From Alphaproteobacteria bacterium (GTDB taxonomy: Bacteria > Pseudomonadota > Alphaproteobacteria > UBA828): a stretch of DNA of 64,000 bases. The notes below the pieces were generated by a model, which was not told the origin of the DNA, did not search any database, and was given only the letters and a program-made list of their open reading frames with translations. Both the position numbers and the translations under genes were made by a program. Of the stretch, positions 28,287 through 39,063 are shown one piece after another. How positions within the stretch are numbered: position 1 is the stretch's first letter; every line of letters starts with the position of its first letter. Location of the stretch: assembly GCA_965221125.1 (NCBI GenBank), contig CBDCRW010000006.1, positions 384,001-448,000 on the forward strand, written 5' to 3'.

Positions 28287-29345
28287 ATGCGCATTGCACA
28301 GATCATGCTGGCGCACCGGCTCGGCGGCGGAGAGCAGGTCTTCATCGATCTGTGCGGCGCTCTCGCGTCGCGCGGGCATGAGGTGCTCGCCATCGGCGCA
28401 GCAGAGAGCGATGCCATGGACGCCCTCGATCGGCGCTCCGATCTCCAGTGCGCGCGCGTGCGGTGCCACGGCACCTGGGATCCGCTGTGCCGGTGGGCGA
28501 TCGGCCGACTGCTACGGCGTTTCGAGCCGGATGTGGTGCAGCCTCACATGGGCCGAGCCAGCGCGCTTGGCGGCGCGGCTGCCCGCTCGTCCGGATACCC
28601 GACGCTTGCCATGCTGCACACGATGATCCAGTTGAAGTACTACCGCGCCATCGATCTGTTTGTGCCGACGACGTCGGATCAGGAGGCATATCTGCGCGAG
28701 AACGGCGTATCGGCCGATCGCATAGAGCGCATCCCGCATTTCCGTTCGCTGGAGCCGGTTGCCGCCGCCAGGGCGCCACGGCAAACGAACGGCGTGGTCA
28801 AGACCCTAGGCCGGTTCGTGCGCAAGAAGGGGTTCGATGTTCTGCTTCATGCGGTTGCGCACGCCGCCGCGCAAGGCTCGACGTTCCGCCTGGAAATCGG
28901 CGGCGACGGACCCGAACGTCAGTCATTGAAGGCGCTGGCCAGGCAACTCGGCATCGAGGATCGCACTTCGTTCCCCGGCTGGGTCGACGACGTTGCGGCT
29001 TTTCTCGCCGATGCGGACCTGTTCGTGCTGCCTTCGAGGATCGAACCGTTCGGCATCGTGATCCTGGAGGCGATGGCCTGCGGTGTCCCCATTGTCGCCA
29101 CGCGCGTCAGCGGCCCGCTGGAGACCCTCGACGAGCAAACCGCTCTGCTGGTTCCATCCGACGATCCGGTGGCGATGGCGGAGGCGGTGATGGCGTCGTT
29201 CGCTGCGCCCGATGCGGCGGAGACCCGCGCCCGGGCGGCGCTCGCCTCATTCAAGGCGAGCTACGCCGAGCCGGCCGTCATGGAGCGCTACCTCGATGCC
29301 TGCAGACGGCTCGCGGAGCGCGATGGAGAGGGCGCGAGAGGCTAA
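28287..29345 (+). CDS. Glycosyltransferase family 4
   Basis: GGGEQ, GRFVRKKG, PSRIEPFGIVILEAMACG. Confidence 0.9.
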   Translation: MRIAQIMLAHRLGGGEQVFIDLCGALASRGHEVLAIGAAESDAMDALDRRSDLQCARVRCHGTWDPLCRWAIGRLLRRFEPDVVQPHMGRASALGGAAARSSGYPTLAMLHTMIQLKYYRAIDLFVPTTSDQEAYLRENGVSADRIERIPHFRSLEPVAAARAPRQTNGVVKTLGRFVRKKGFDVLLHAVAHAAAQGSTFRLEIGGDGPERQSLKALARQLGIEDRTSFPGWVDDVAAFLADADLFVLPSRIEPFGIVILEAMACGVPIVATRVSGPLETLDEQTALLVPSDDPVAMAEAVMASFAAPDAAETRARAALASFKASYAEPAVMERYLDACRRLAERDGEGARG

Positions 29346-30232
29346 TCCCGCCCACGCACCGTGGCCGCGTAGTCCGCCATCAGGGTGCGGGTGACCGGCC
29401 CGACCTGGAAATTGTGATCGTCGATGGCGCCGACCGGCGTCACCTCGGCGGCGGTGCCGGTCAGGAAGATCTCGTCGCTCTTCGCAATCTCGTCCGGCAT
29501 GACGGTGCGCTCGACCACCTCGTAGCCGCGCTTCTCCGCGAGCTCGATTACCGTGCGCCGGGTGATGCCGTCGAGGAAGCAGTCCGGCGACGGCGTGTGA
29601 ATGACGCCGTCCTGCACCAGGAAGATGTTGGCGCCCGTCGCTTCCGAGACGTACCCGCGCCAGTCCAGCATCAGCGCGTCGTGGCAGCCCTCGCGCTCGG
29701 CTTCGTGCTTGCTCAGCGTGCAGATCATGTAGAGCCCGGCGCATTTGGCCTTCACGGGCGCGGTATCCGGCGCGGGCCGGCGCCAGCGCGCGGTCTTGAG
29801 CTTGATGCCCCGCGTCACTGCATCCTCGCCGAAATACGCGGGCCATGCCCAGGCGGCGATCGCCACGTGGATCGTGTTGTGCTGCGCCGAGACGCCCATC
29901 ATCTCCGCGCCGCGCCAGGCGACCGGACGCACGTAGCCGTCGCCGATGCCGAGCGTCTCGACGACGAGCCTGGAGGCCTCGACCAGCTCGTCGCGGCCGA
30001 AGGGGATCTCGAAGCCCAGCGCGTCGGCGGAATCCAGCAGGCGCTGGGTGTGCTCCTCGACCTTGAAGATGCGCCCGTCGTAGACCCGCTCGCCCTCGAA
30101 CACGCAGCTCGCATAGTGCAGGCCGTGGCTCAGCACGTGCAGCTTCGCTTCGCGCCAGGGAACGAGCGCACCGTTGTACCAGATGACTCCGTCGCGATCG
30201 TCGTAGGGGATGAGGTCGGCCATGGCGCTCAC
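29342..30232 (-). CDS. ilvE: Branched-chain amino acid aminotransferase
   Basis: HGLHYASCVFEG, YVRP, KCAGLY, EATGANIF, LDGITR, GTAAEV. Confidence 0.94.
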   Translation of the reverse strand: MSAMADLIPYDDRDGVIWYNGALVPWREAKLHVLSHGLHYASCVFEGERVYDGRIFKVEEHTQRLLDSADALGFEIPFGRDELVEASRLVVETLGIGDGYVRPVAWRGAEMMGVSAQHNTIHVAIAAWAWPAYFGEDAVTRGIKLKTARWRRPAPDTAPVKAKCAGLYMICTLSKHEAEREGCHDALMLDWRGYVSEATGANIFLVQDGVIHTPSPDCFLDGITRRTVIELAEKRGYEVVERTVMPDEIAKSDEIFLTGTAAEVTPVGAIDDHNFQVGPVTRTLMADYAATVRGRD

Positions 30233-30286
30233 TGATGGTCGCAGGTGGGCAGAAACTTGTTGCGCTCCCTATCATCGGCCTGCATA

Positions 30287-30307
30287 TAAGTCAACGTGAC
30301 TGACGTA
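30287..30307. promoter_or_regulatory. Imperfect palindrome over the MarR start codon (possible autoregulatory site)
   Basis: TAAGTCA-N7-TGACGTA in the divergent ilvE/MarR region. Confidence 0.35.
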
Positions 30308-30778
30308 AAGGCCGGGCCAAATCCGCTCTACCTGCGCGAGGATCAGCTTCACGAGGCGATGGAGCTGCTCTTCTTCGCCTATCGCGACTTCACGACCGAG
30401 TGCGATGCGATCCTGGCGTCCCACGGCTTCGGGCGCGCGCATCACCGCGTCGTCTATTTCGTCGGCCGCAACCCGGACATCTCGGTCACCGCGCTGCTGG
30501 AGATCCTGAGGATCACCAAGCAGAGCCTCTCGCGGGTGCTCGGCCGGCTGGTGCGCGAGGGGTTCGTGACGACCCGGCAGGATCCCGTCGACGGTCGCCG
30601 CCGGCTGCTGGCGCTGACCGCGAAGGGGCGGAGCCTGGAGGCGCGGCTGTCGGCGACCCAGCGGGCCCGCATCGCCAAGGCCTACCGCAGCGCCGGCGGC
30701 GTGGCGGTGGAGGGGTATCGGGAGGTCCTGATGGGGATTATCGACGAGGCCGACCGGCGCCGCTTCGAGCGACCCTGA
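30296..30778 (+). CDS. MarR family regulator (PetP-like)
   Basis: ELLFFAYRDFT, GRAHHR, LRITKQSLSRVL, DGRRR. Confidence 0.9.
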   Translation: MTDVKAGPNPLYLREDQLHEAMELLFFAYRDFTTECDAILASHGFGRAHHRVVYFVGRNPDISVTALLEILRITKQSLSRVLGRLVREGFVTTRQDPVDGRRRLLALTAKGRSLEARLSATQRARIAKAYRSAGGVAVEGYREVLMGIIDEADRRRFERP

Positions 30779-30823
30779 GGGCGGCGTGTCCGATCGGCCC
30801 AGCCGGTGGGGAGCGATACGTCG

Positions 30824-31558
30824 ATGAACGCTGACGGCATGGCCGAGGGTGCCGCCCGGCGCGAGGCGCCTCCCGCCGAGGCGCCGCATGTCCTGGTGGT
30901 GGACGACGACGACCGCCTGCGCGCGCTGCTCGGCAAGTACCTGCGCGACAACGGCTATCATGTGTCTACCGCAAGCTCGGCGGCCGAGGCGCGCGCTGCG
31001 CTCGACGGCATGGCCTTCGACCTGATCGTGCTCGACGTCATGATGCCGGGCGAATCGGGCATCGACTTCACGCGCGGGCTGCGCCGCTCGGCCACGGTTC
31101 CGATCCTGCTGCTTACGGCCATGGGGGAGCCGGAGGAGCGCATCGCCGGGCTGGAGAGCGGGGCCGACGACTACCTGACCAAGCCCTTCGCACCGCGCGA
31201 GCTGCTGCTGCGCGTCGAAACCATCCTGCGGCGGACGGCGGCGCCGCCGCCGGCGACGCCGGCCACGTGCGTGACCATCGGGGAGTTCAGCTATTTTCCG
31301 GCGCGGGACCAGCTCCTGCGCGGCGACGAGCCGGTGCATCTGACGACGGCGGAGGCCGACCTGCTGCGCGCCTTCGCCGCCAGCCCCGGCGAGACGCTCA
31401 GCCGGCACGCGCTTAGCGAACGGCTCGGCGGCAGCACGTCGCGCCGCGCCATCGACGTGCAGATCGCCCGGCTGAGGCGCAAGATCGAGCCGGAACCCCA
31501 AAACCCCCGTTATCTTCGGACCGTCTGGGGCCGGGGCTATGTTCTGCGGACCGAGTGA
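30824..31558 (+). CDS. OmpR-family response regulator (PetR-like)
   Basis: VVDDD, LDVMMPG, GADDYLTKPF, wHTH RAIDVQIARLR; start uncertain. Confidence 0.92.
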   Translation: MNADGMAEGAARREAPPAEAPHVLVVDDDDRLRALLGKYLRDNGYHVSTASSAAEARAALDGMAFDLIVLDVMMPGESGIDFTRGLRRSATVPILLLTAMGEPEERIAGLESGADDYLTKPFAPRELLLRVETILRRTAAPPPATPATCVTIGEFSYFPARDQLLRGDEPVHLTTAEADLLRAFAASPGETLSRHALSERLGGSTSRRAIDVQIARLRRKIEPEPQNPRYLRTVWGRGYVLRTE

Positions 31559-31588
31559 GCCGCCACGCCGGCAGGCAAGGGGCGCGTC

Positions 31589-32917
31589 GTGAGCCTGCTG
31601 CGACGCATCGCGCCGCGCGGCCTGTTCTGGCGCTCCTTCCTGATCATGCTGATCCCGCTGATCCTGGTTCAGGCGACGGTCGCGCTCATATTCTTCGAGC
31701 GCCACTGGGATACGGTGAGCCGCCAGCTGGCGATGGACGTCACCGGCGACGTCGTCACCATCATGCGCATGGCCGATGCGGCGTCGGGGCCGGAAGGCCG
31801 CGCCGCCGTCGACCGCATCGCTCAGGCGGAGATGCAGTTCAGCGTCGTCTTCGAGGATGGCGCGGTGCTGCCCGAGGACTCGCCCAATCGCTACGACCGC
31901 GCCATCGACGCGACGCTGCACCGGCAGCTCGCGCAGCGCGTACCCACGCCCTACCATCTCGACACGCAACTGCCCGACAAGCGGATGACGATTCGCGTCC
32001 AGCGGCCGGACGGCGTGCTGAGCCTGGAGACGACGGTCAAGCGCATGCGGGAATCGACCACGGTCCTGGTCATCCTGTGGATGGTGGGCTCGGCGCTGGT
32101 GGTCTCGGCGATCGCCGTCATGTTCCTGCGCAACCAGATACGCCCGATCCGGCGGCTGGCGGCGGCGGCGGACGCGCTGGGCAAGGGCCGGCCTGTACAG
32201 GACCTCACGCCCTCGGGCGCGACGGAGATCCGCCGCGCCGGCGCGGCGTTTCTCGAGATGCAGGGGCGGATCCAGCGTCAGATCGCCCAGCGCACCGAGA
32301 TGCTGGCCGGGGTCTCGCACGACCTGCGGACGCCGCTCACCCGGGTCAGGCTGCAGCTCGCCATGCTGGCCGACGCGCACCCCGGCTCGCGCGAGGAGAT
32401 CGGCGAGTCCGAGCAGGACCTGCAGCTCATGGAGCACATGATCGACGAGTACATGGCCTTCGCCCGCGGCCAGGGCGGGGAGGCGCCGGTGAGCACCGAT
32501 CTCGCCGAGATCATCGAGGATGTCGCCGGCGATGCGCGCCGCAGGGGCGGCCCCATCACACTCGAGGTCGAGCGGCCGCTGGTCATGGCGCTCCGGCCGA
32601 ACGCCATCCGCCGCTGCCTGACCAATCTGGTGGAGAACGCGACGCACCACGGCGCGCAGGTCGCGATCAGGGCCGCGCGCCGCGACGACGTCGTCTCGGT
32701 CGCGGTCGAGGACGACGGGCCGGGCATTCCGGAGGATCAGCGCGAAGAGGTGTTCAAGCCATTCTTCAGGCTCGACAGCGCGCGCAACCCGCGCACCGGC
32801 GGGGCCGGCCTCGGCCTCTCGATCGCGCGCGATGTCGCCCGCGGGCACGGCGGCGACATCCGCATGAGCGGCGGCTCGCTCGGCGGCCTCCGGGCGGAGC
32901 TTCGGTTGCCGGTCTAA
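31589..32917 (+). CDS. EnvZ-like sensor histidine kinase
   Basis: Two TM segments, HAMP, SHDLRTP, NLVENA, EDDGPG, GLGLSI. Confidence 0.93.
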   Translation: MSLLRRIAPRGLFWRSFLIMLIPLILVQATVALIFFERHWDTVSRQLAMDVTGDVVTIMRMADAASGPEGRAAVDRIAQAEMQFSVVFEDGAVLPEDSPNRYDRAIDATLHRQLAQRVPTPYHLDTQLPDKRMTIRVQRPDGVLSLETTVKRMRESTTVLVILWMVGSALVVSAIAVMFLRNQIRPIRRLAAAADALGKGRPVQDLTPSGATEIRRAGAAFLEMQGRIQRQIAQRTEMLAGVSHDLRTPLTRVRLQLAMLADAHPGSREEIGESEQDLQLMEHMIDEYMAFARGQGGEAPVSTDLAEIIEDVAGDARRRGGPITLEVERPLVMALRPNAIRRCLTNLVENATHHGAQVAIRAARRDDVVSVAVEDDGPGIPEDQREEVFKPFFRLDSARNPRTGGAGLGLSIARDVARGHGGDIRMSGGSLGGLRAELRLPV

Positions 32918-32936
32918 GCGCGCGTGTTGCCGGACC

Positions 32937-33584
32937 CTATCCGGCTTCCTCCGCAGGCTGGGCATCGCGCCAGTCGCGGCGCGGCGCGAGGCGGCAGAGG
33001 GAGCGCGTGAGCCTGTCGAGGCGCTTCAGCCGCCGGTCGAGCACGGCCATGGTGCGCGCCATGTCGTCGCTGTCGTCATGCAGCCAGACCCGCAGCATGG
33101 CGAGATAGAGCGCATACAGCGCGTTGACCCGAAGCTCGCCGCGCAGGCCGCCGCTGCTCAGGTCGGCGGCTTCGAGCATCCAGCGCATCGAGCGGCGCAT
33201 CGTGAACGACCCGCACAGGACGCCTTCCGGGTTCGACGGGGCGCTCCGCACGATGGCGACGACGCCCTCCCTCTGCGCATTCAGCAGATCGAAGCGCTTC
33301 ATGAGGATGTCGAACAGGCGCTCGGTCGCCGGGCGCCCGGCCATCTCGGGGTCGCGCGCCGCCAGCACCGCGCGGTCGATATCCGCGGCGTAGGCCGCGA
33401 CGATGGCGCTCTTCGACGAGAACTCCGCCCGCAGCTCGGCGAGCGAGACCTCCGCCGCCTCTGCGATGTCGCCCAGCCCGACCCGCGCCCAGCCGCGGCT
33501 CGCGGCCAGTGTCAGGGCGCTCTCGATAATGGCCTGGCGCACGTCCCTGCGCTTGCCGGCCCCCGATGCAGCTTTTCTCGGCAT
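32937..33584 (-). CDS. TetR family regulator
   Basis: N-terminal HTH (LGDIAEAAEVSLAEL), ERLFDILMKRFD. Confidence 0.8.
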   Translation of the reverse strand: MPRKAASGAGKRRDVRQAIIESALTLAASRGWARVGLGDIAEAAEVSLAELRAEFSSKSAIVAAYAADIDRAVLAARDPEMAGRPATERLFDILMKRFDLLNAQREGVVAIVRSAPSNPEGVLCGSFTMRRSMRWMLEAADLSSGGLRGELRVNALYALYLAMLRVWLHDDSDDMARTMAVLDRRLKRLDRLTRSLCRLAPRRDWRDAQPAEEAG

Positions 33585-33654
33585 CGTCCTGCACCTCGTC
33601 GCCGCCGCCAGTGGGTCAAGTGTAGGCCGCGGGAAAACGCAGCGTCAACGCGGC

Positions 33655-33803
33655 CGAAGCGTTTCCGTTTTTCACGAAAACGCTCCGATCCCTTATCGCT
33701 CACGGCAGCCGGTCTTCGACCGGCGCCTCCGCGAGGGCGCCGCATACGCGGCGGGCCGCGGTTGCGGCCTAGAGCGCGTCCGTCAAAGACGGATGCGCTC
33801 TAG
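33655..33803. repeat. Palindromic intergenic repeat, copy 2
   Basis: Core TATCGCTCACGGCAGCCGG; terminal CTAGAGCGCGTCCGTC/GACGGATGCGCTCTAG hairpin overlapping the proC stop. Confidence 0.85.
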
Positions 33804-34624
33804 GACTTTGGGGCGAGGGCGCGGGAGCGCTCGGTGGCGGCGCGAACCGCGCGGCGCATGAGGGGGCTGAGCCCGTCAGAAGCCATCAGGACCGAGAGCG
33901 CGGCTTCGGTCGTCCCGCCGGGGCTGGTCACGTTGCGCCTGAGCGTTGCGGCGTCGTCCTCGGATTGGGCCAGCAGCGCGCCGGCCCCGCTCACCGTGCT
34001 GTCGGCGAGCGTGCGCGCGAGATCGGCGGGCAGGCCGGCATCGACGGCGGCCTCGGCCAGGCATTCGGCGAGCAGGAAGACGTAGGCCGGGCCGCTGCCG
34101 GAGACGGCGGTCACCGCGTCCATGAGGGCCTCGTCGTCGATCCAGGCGACGGCGCCCACCGCGCCCAGCAGCGCCTCGCAGAGCGCCCGCTGATCGGGGC
34201 TCGCGGCCCGGTTGGCCCAGGCGACGGTCATGCCCGCGCCGATGGCGGCGGGCGTGTTGGGCATGGCGCGGACGACCGGCACGGCGCCGAGGTCGTTTTC
34301 CAGCAGGCGCACGGGCCAGCCGGCGGCGATGGAGAGGTGCACGGTCTCCGGCCCGCCGATACCGGCGTAATGGGGCACGACCTCGCCCATCACCTGCGGC
34401 TTGACGGCGAAGACGACCGCCGCCGGGCGCAGTCCGCCGGGAAGGGCGGAAGGCTCGGCAACGCACGCGGTGCCGAGGGGCGCGAGGCGCCGGGCTGTGG
34501 CGGCATCCGGCTCGACGATGGCGAGCTGCGCGGCCTGCAGCGGCCCGCGCAGCCAGCCCGCCGCGAGCGCGCCGCCCATGCGGCCGCCGCCGACCAGGAC
34601 GATATCGCCGGAAATCGCCGTCAT
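33800..34624 (-). CDS. proC: Pyrroline-5-carboxylate reductase
   Basis: GGGRMG, AVKPQ, RAMPNTP, SGSGPAY, VTSPGGTT. Confidence 0.95.
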   Translation of the reverse strand: MTAISGDIVLVGGGRMGGALAAGWLRGPLQAAQLAIVEPDAATARRLAPLGTACVAEPSALPGGLRPAAVVFAVKPQVMGEVVPHYAGIGGPETVHLSIAAGWPVRLLENDLGAVPVVRAMPNTPAAIGAGMTVAWANRAASPDQRALCEALLGAVGAVAWIDDEALMDAVTAVSGSGPAYVFLLAECLAEAAVDAGLPADLARTLADSTVSGAGALLAQSEDDAATLRRNVTSPGGTTEAALSVLMASDGLSPLMRRAVRAATERSRALAPKS

Positions 34625-35127
34625 CAGGCCGACCCGCACGGCTCCATGAGCGCGGCCTCGAAGGCATCCTCGGGCGCGAGGTCCCTCTCGATGACCTGCC
34701 GGAAGGCCGGGTAGAAGCGCTCGCACTCGCCGACGCCGACGGTCACGATATCGACGATCTGGGGGTCTTCCACGCCAGCGGTGCCGCGCAGCAGCAGCGC
34801 GTGACGCCAGGTCGGCCGGCCTTCCTCGGCCCAGAGGTCGAAATGGCCGATCCACAGGCTCTCGTTGATCAGGTTGACCAGGGCGCCGACCGTGGGCCGC
34901 CGGTCTTCGGGCACGCGCATGTCGAAGCCGCTCGCGAAATGCAGCACGTCGAGGTCGGCGCGGTAGGCGAACCAGAGCTGGTAGTCGCACCAGACGCCGG
35001 CGAACGCGCCGGTGATGTCCTCGTCGCCCATGCGCTCGAAGGAGAGCCGGCTCGCCATCATGACCCGCTCGACGGCGTCGAGCGGGTCGCTCGACAGGCG
35101 CTCGAGTTCTACTACCGTCGCCGCCAT
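34624..35127 (-). CDS. YbjN domain protein
   Basis: DPLDAVE, LINESLWIGHFDLW, ECERFYPAF; usual neighbour of proC in Alphaproteobacteria. Confidence 0.8.
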   Translation of the reverse strand: MAATVVELERLSSDPLDAVERVMMASRLSFERMGDEDITGAFAGVWCDYQLWFAYRADLDVLHFASGFDMRVPEDRRPTVGALVNLINESLWIGHFDLWAEEGRPTWRHALLLRGTAGVEDPQIVDIVTVGVGECERFYPAFRQVIERDLAPEDAFEAALMEPCGSA

Positions 35128-35270
35128 CGCATCGCCCCATCGCTGCGCCGCCATATGCGGTGCCCTGCCAAGACCACCACATGTGGCACCAACTACAATA
35201 GGGTGTGATGGGGCGAGATAAAATCCCAAAATGTTGACGTTCGCGCCGGACCGCCGAATGAATCGGGCGG

Positions 35271-35828
35271 CTATGCCGGAAGCTGGGGCGTGGCGCCGCC
35301 GGGCAGCGGGATGCGGTGCTCGTTCAGCGTCATGGCGATCATCGCGTAGTAGCCGTTGAGCGCGGTGAGCTCCACCACGCCGGCGGGCCCCAGCAGCGCG
35401 AGCGCCTTGTCGTAGGTCTCGTCGCTCACCGCGCGGTTGGCCTGCAACTCGCAGGAGTAGTCGTAGACCGTCACCTCGTCCTCGGCCGTGAGCGGCGGCG
35501 GGCGGCGGTGCCTGATGGCCTCGATCACGGCGTCCGGCAGGCCCGCCTTCGCAGCTTCCGCCGCATGCCAGTGCCATTCGTACTGGCACGACCAGTGGCG
35601 GGCGACCGCGAGGATCGCGAGCTCGCTGAGTCTGGGTTCCAGGCTGGTGTCGTAGCGCAGCAGGGCGCCCAGCGCCTGCACGCGGTCGGCAAGCTCCGCG
35701 TTGTGGAGGAAGGCCATGAAGAGCGCCGGCACCGTGCCGCGCGGCCCGCTCTCGATGGCGTCGTAGACGCGGCGCTGGTCCGCCGAGAGCGAGTCTGCGT
35801 CGGGGAGCGGCAGGCGCTCGCCCGTCAT
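35271..35828 (-). CDS. Carboxymuconolactone decarboxylase family protein
   Basis: [26 protein letters not shown]. Confidence 0.82.
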   Translation of the reverse strand: MTGERLPLPDADSLSADQRRVYDAIESGPRGTVPALFMAFLHNAELADRVQALGALLRYDTSLEPRLSELAILAVARHWSCQYEWHWHAAEAAKAGLPDAVIEAIRHRRPPPLTAEDEVTVYDYSCELQANRAVSDETYDKALALLGPAGVVELTALNGYYAMIAMTLNEHRIPLPGGATPQLPA

Positions 35829-36322
35829 GCTGCGGCTTCCCCGCCCGCCCCCTCGCGCTCGGCGATCGGCGGCACGAAGCGGAGGTCCGTGTCCCAGGGG
35901 AAGAAGATCCAGGTGTCCTGGCTGACCTCGGTGACGAAGGTGTGCGCCTCCCCCCGCCCCGCCGGCTTGGTGTAGACGCAGGCGAAGTGCGCCTTGGGCA
36001 GCATCTCGCGGACGATGCGGGCGGTGGCGCCGGTATCGGCGAGATCGTCGATGATCAGAATGCCCTCGCCGTCGCCCGCGACCGGCTTCAGGACCTGCGC
36101 CGAGCGCTGGTCCTGGTGGTCGTAGGAGGAGATGCAGACGGTGTCGACCAGGCGGATGTCGAGCTCGCGGGCGACGATCGCCGCCGGCACCAGGCCGCCG
36201 CGCGTGACCGCGACGATGCTCCGCCAGGGACCGAGCTCCGCCAGCCGCCAGGCCAGCGCCCGTGCGTCGCGGTGAAGCTGGTCCCACGAAACTGGGAAGC
36301 CCTTCTCGTATCTCTCCGCCAT
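35825..36322 (-). CDS. gpt: Xanthine-guanine phosphoribosyltransferase
   Basis: [36 protein letters not shown]. Confidence 0.94.
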   Translation of the reverse strand: MAERYEKGFPVSWDQLHRDARALAWRLAELGPWRSIVAVTRGGLVPAAIVARELDIRLVDTVCISSYDHQDQRSAQVLKPVAGDGEGILIIDDLADTGATARIVREMLPKAHFACVYTKPAGRGEAHTFVTEVSQDTWIFFPWDTDLRFVPPIAEREGAGGEAAA

Positions 36323-36451
36323 CTCGTCTGCCCTCTGCGAATCCGGCCGCGCCGCCCCCATGCAAGCCGACATCGCCCGGCCGGGCAAGGGGTCGCGCCG
36401 CAAGGCGCGGGCGCCTTTCGATCCGGGGCCGATGCGGGTAAGAAACGGCGC

Positions 36452-37417
36452 ATGGCCGACCGGGTGCGGGCGCTGCCGGGCAGCGAAGCCGAGACGCGGG
36501 CGCTCCTCGAGGACGGGCGCTATGTCGCGGACGATGCGCTGGTCAAGACGCTGTTCCTGAGCTTCGCGCTGGGCCGCCCCCTGCTGCTGGAGGGCGAGGC
36601 CGGCTGCGGCAAGACGCAGCTCGCCGCGACCCTGGCGGAGACGCTCGGCCGCCGGCTGCTCCGCCTGCAATGCCACGAGGGGCTGGATTCGGCCGCTGCC
36701 GTCTACGAGTGGAACTATGCCGCGCAGATGCTGGCGATCCGCCTCGCCGAGCGCGGCGGCACTGCGCGCGACGGGACCGCGCGCGGTGAGACTGCGCGCG
36801 ACGCGCTGGCCGAGGACATCTTCGGCGAGCGCTTCCTGGTCAAGCGGCCGCTGCTCACGGCGCTGGAGCCCGATCCGCTCGGGCCCCCGGTCCTGCTGAT
36901 CGACGAGATCGACCGGGCCGACGCGCCCTTCGAGGCCTATCTGCTTGAAATCCTCTCCGAGTTTCAGGTGAGCGTGCCGGAGGTCGGCACGGTGACGGCT
37001 GCCGAGCGCCCGCTCGTCGTCATCACGTCCAACCGCACGCGCGAGGTGCACGACGCGCTCAAGCGGCGCTGCCTCTACCACTGGGTCGACTACCCGGATG
37101 CCGCGCAGGAGAAGGCGATCCTGCGCGCCCGCCTGCCGGGGGTCGAGAGGCGGCTGAGCGACAACATTACTGCCTTCATCGCGCGCATGCAGAAGGCCGA
37201 TCTCTCCAAAGTGGCGGGGCTCGGCGAGGTGATCGCGTGGTCGAGCGCCGTGATCGAGCTCGACCGCATCGAGCTCGACCCCGAGACGATCCAGGCCAAC
37301 CTCGAGCGGCTGCTGGCCTATCAGCGCGGTCTCGCCGAGGCCAGCGGCCGTGCGCCGGGGACTGTGCAGCCGGAGACCGTAAGGCCGGGGCCGGTGCGGC
37401 CGGGGCAGCGGCCGTGA
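36452..37417 (+). CDS. MoxR AAA+ ATPase, CoxD-like
   Basis: [41 protein letters not shown]. Confidence 0.88.
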   Translation: MADRVRALPGSEAETRALLEDGRYVADDALVKTLFLSFALGRPLLLEGEAGCGKTQLAATLAETLGRRLLRLQCHEGLDSAAAVYEWNYAAQMLAIRLAERGGTARDGTARGETARDALAEDIFGERFLVKRPLLTALEPDPLGPPVLLIDEIDRADAPFEAYLLEILSEFQVSVPEVGTVTAAERPLVVITSNRTREVHDALKRRCLYHWVDYPDAAQEKAILRARLPGVERRLSDNITAFIARMQKADLSKVAGLGEVIAWSSAVIELDRIELDPETIQANLERLLAYQRGLAEASGRAPGTVQPETVRPGPVRPGQRP

Positions 37418-38619
37418 CCGCGGCGCAGGCGACGTTCGAGACGCAAGCGGGCGGCATGCTCGCCTACAACGTCATGCACTTCGTGCGGGGCCTGCGCGGC
37501 ACTGGCCTGCCGGCGGGGCCGGGCAAGACCATCGAGGCGGTGCGCGCGGTCGAGGCGGTCGATCCCACCCGGCGCAGCGACCTCTACTGGGCGCTCCACG
37601 CCGTGCTCGTGGAGCGGCGCGACCAGCACGACATCTTCGACCAGGCGTTTCACCTGTTCTGGCGCGAGATACGCATGCAGAGCGCGACCCACGGGCCGGT
37701 CATGGCGTCGGACAGGCTGCCGCAGCCGGAGGCGCCGCCGGCGAGCCGCCGGGCCAGCGAGGCCATCGCGCCCCGCCTGCCGGACGAGGAGGAGGAACAG
37801 GAAAACGTCGAGATCGAGCTCGACGCGGTGCTCACCTTCTCGCCCCAGGAAGTGCTGCAGGAGATGGATTTCGAGGACATGTCGGCGGACGAGCTGGCCG
37901 AGGCGAAGCGGGCGATCGCGGCGCTCCGGCTGCCGATCAAGCCGGTGCCGACGCGGCGCTTCCGGCCGGATCAGCTTGGGCGCAGGATCGACATGCGGGC
38001 GACGCTCCGCGCGAGTCTCCGCTCGAGCGGCGACCTCATGCCGCTCAAGCGCCGCTCCCGCGCCGAGCGCCTGCCGACGCTGGTGGTGCTCTGCGACGTG
38101 TCGGGCTCGATGAGCCGCTACTCGCGCATGTTCCTGCATTTCGTCCACGCCGTGACCAACGACCGCGACCGGGTGCACAGCTTCCTCTTCGGCACCCGGC
38201 TTACCAACATCACGCGCTATCTCCGGCACCGCGACGTGGACGTGGCCGTCGGCGCCGCGAGCAGCGCCGTCCACGACTGGTCCGGCGGCACGCGGATCGG
38301 CCCCTGCCTCAAGGACTTCAACCACCACTGGTCGCGCCGCGTGCTGGCCCAGGGCGCGCTGGTGCTGCTGATCACCGACGGGCTCGACCGCGACGATCTC
38401 GGCATCCTCCAGGCCGAGGTGGAGCGGCTGCACAAGTCCTGCCGCCGCCTGATCTGGCTCAACCCGCTACTCCGCTACGAGGGCTTCAGGCCCGAGGCCG
38501 GCGGCGTGCGCACCATCCTGCCGCATATCGACGACTTCCGGCCCGTCCACAACATCGCGAGCCTCATGGACATCGCGACCGCGCTGAGCGCGCCCGCGCC
38601 GGGCGAGGTGTGGGGTTAG
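37414..38619 (+). CDS. VWA domain protein, CoxE-like
   Basis: DVSGSMS MIDAS motif, [26 protein letters not shown]. Confidence 0.88.
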   Translation: MTAAQATFETQAGGMLAYNVMHFVRGLRGTGLPAGPGKTIEAVRAVEAVDPTRRSDLYWALHAVLVERRDQHDIFDQAFHLFWREIRMQSATHGPVMASDRLPQPEAPPASRRASEAIAPRLPDEEEEQENVEIELDAVLTFSPQEVLQEMDFEDMSADELAEAKRAIAALRLPIKPVPTRRFRPDQLGRRIDMRATLRASLRSSGDLMPLKRRSRAERLPTLVVLCDVSGSMSRYSRMFLHFVHAVTNDRDRVHSFLFGTRLTNITRYLRHRDVDVAVGAASSAVHDWSGGTRIGPCLKDFNHHWSRRVLAQGALVLLITDGLDRDDLGILQAEVERLHKSCRRLIWLNPLLRYEGFRPEAGGVRTILPHIDDFRPVHNIASLMDIATALSAPAPGEVWG

Positions 38620-39063
38620 GAAACCCGCACCATGGTGCGGTGCACGGGGCAGGCAGGTGGGGGCAGGCTCTGCGGATGCAGCGCGAAGACCATCTGTTGT
38701 TTTCCGGTCTAGCCGGATAGAAGCACGGGTTTTTTTCTCACTTTGATTGGTTGGTGGATTTCCCGGGATGGTGGCCGAGTGCGGGAAGGACGCTGCCTGC
38801 GGCATTTTTTTGATCCTCAGCAGAATCCTCATTGCTGTTGAAGCTGTGGAGCGGTGGGCGCGAGATCGGCGAGTGTGGTCAGGCGGTGGGCAAGCGCCAG
38901 CTTGTCCACGGGCTGTCCACACGGTCCGCAGGACGCCGATCGGTCCGCAGGACGCGTCCACGGCTCCACAGCTTGGCGGCGGCGGGGAGCGTCCGTAATC
39001 TTGGCCTCTCACTGAACGACAAAGAGAGGCCCGGGGGACGGAACTCCCGCCGGGCCAGGGCCG

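Noticed and set aside
35170-35230. CCACATGTGG palindrome resembling an NrdR box upstream of ybjN-proC
   Set aside because: Single imperfect match with no nucleotide-reduction gene nearby; not enough support.
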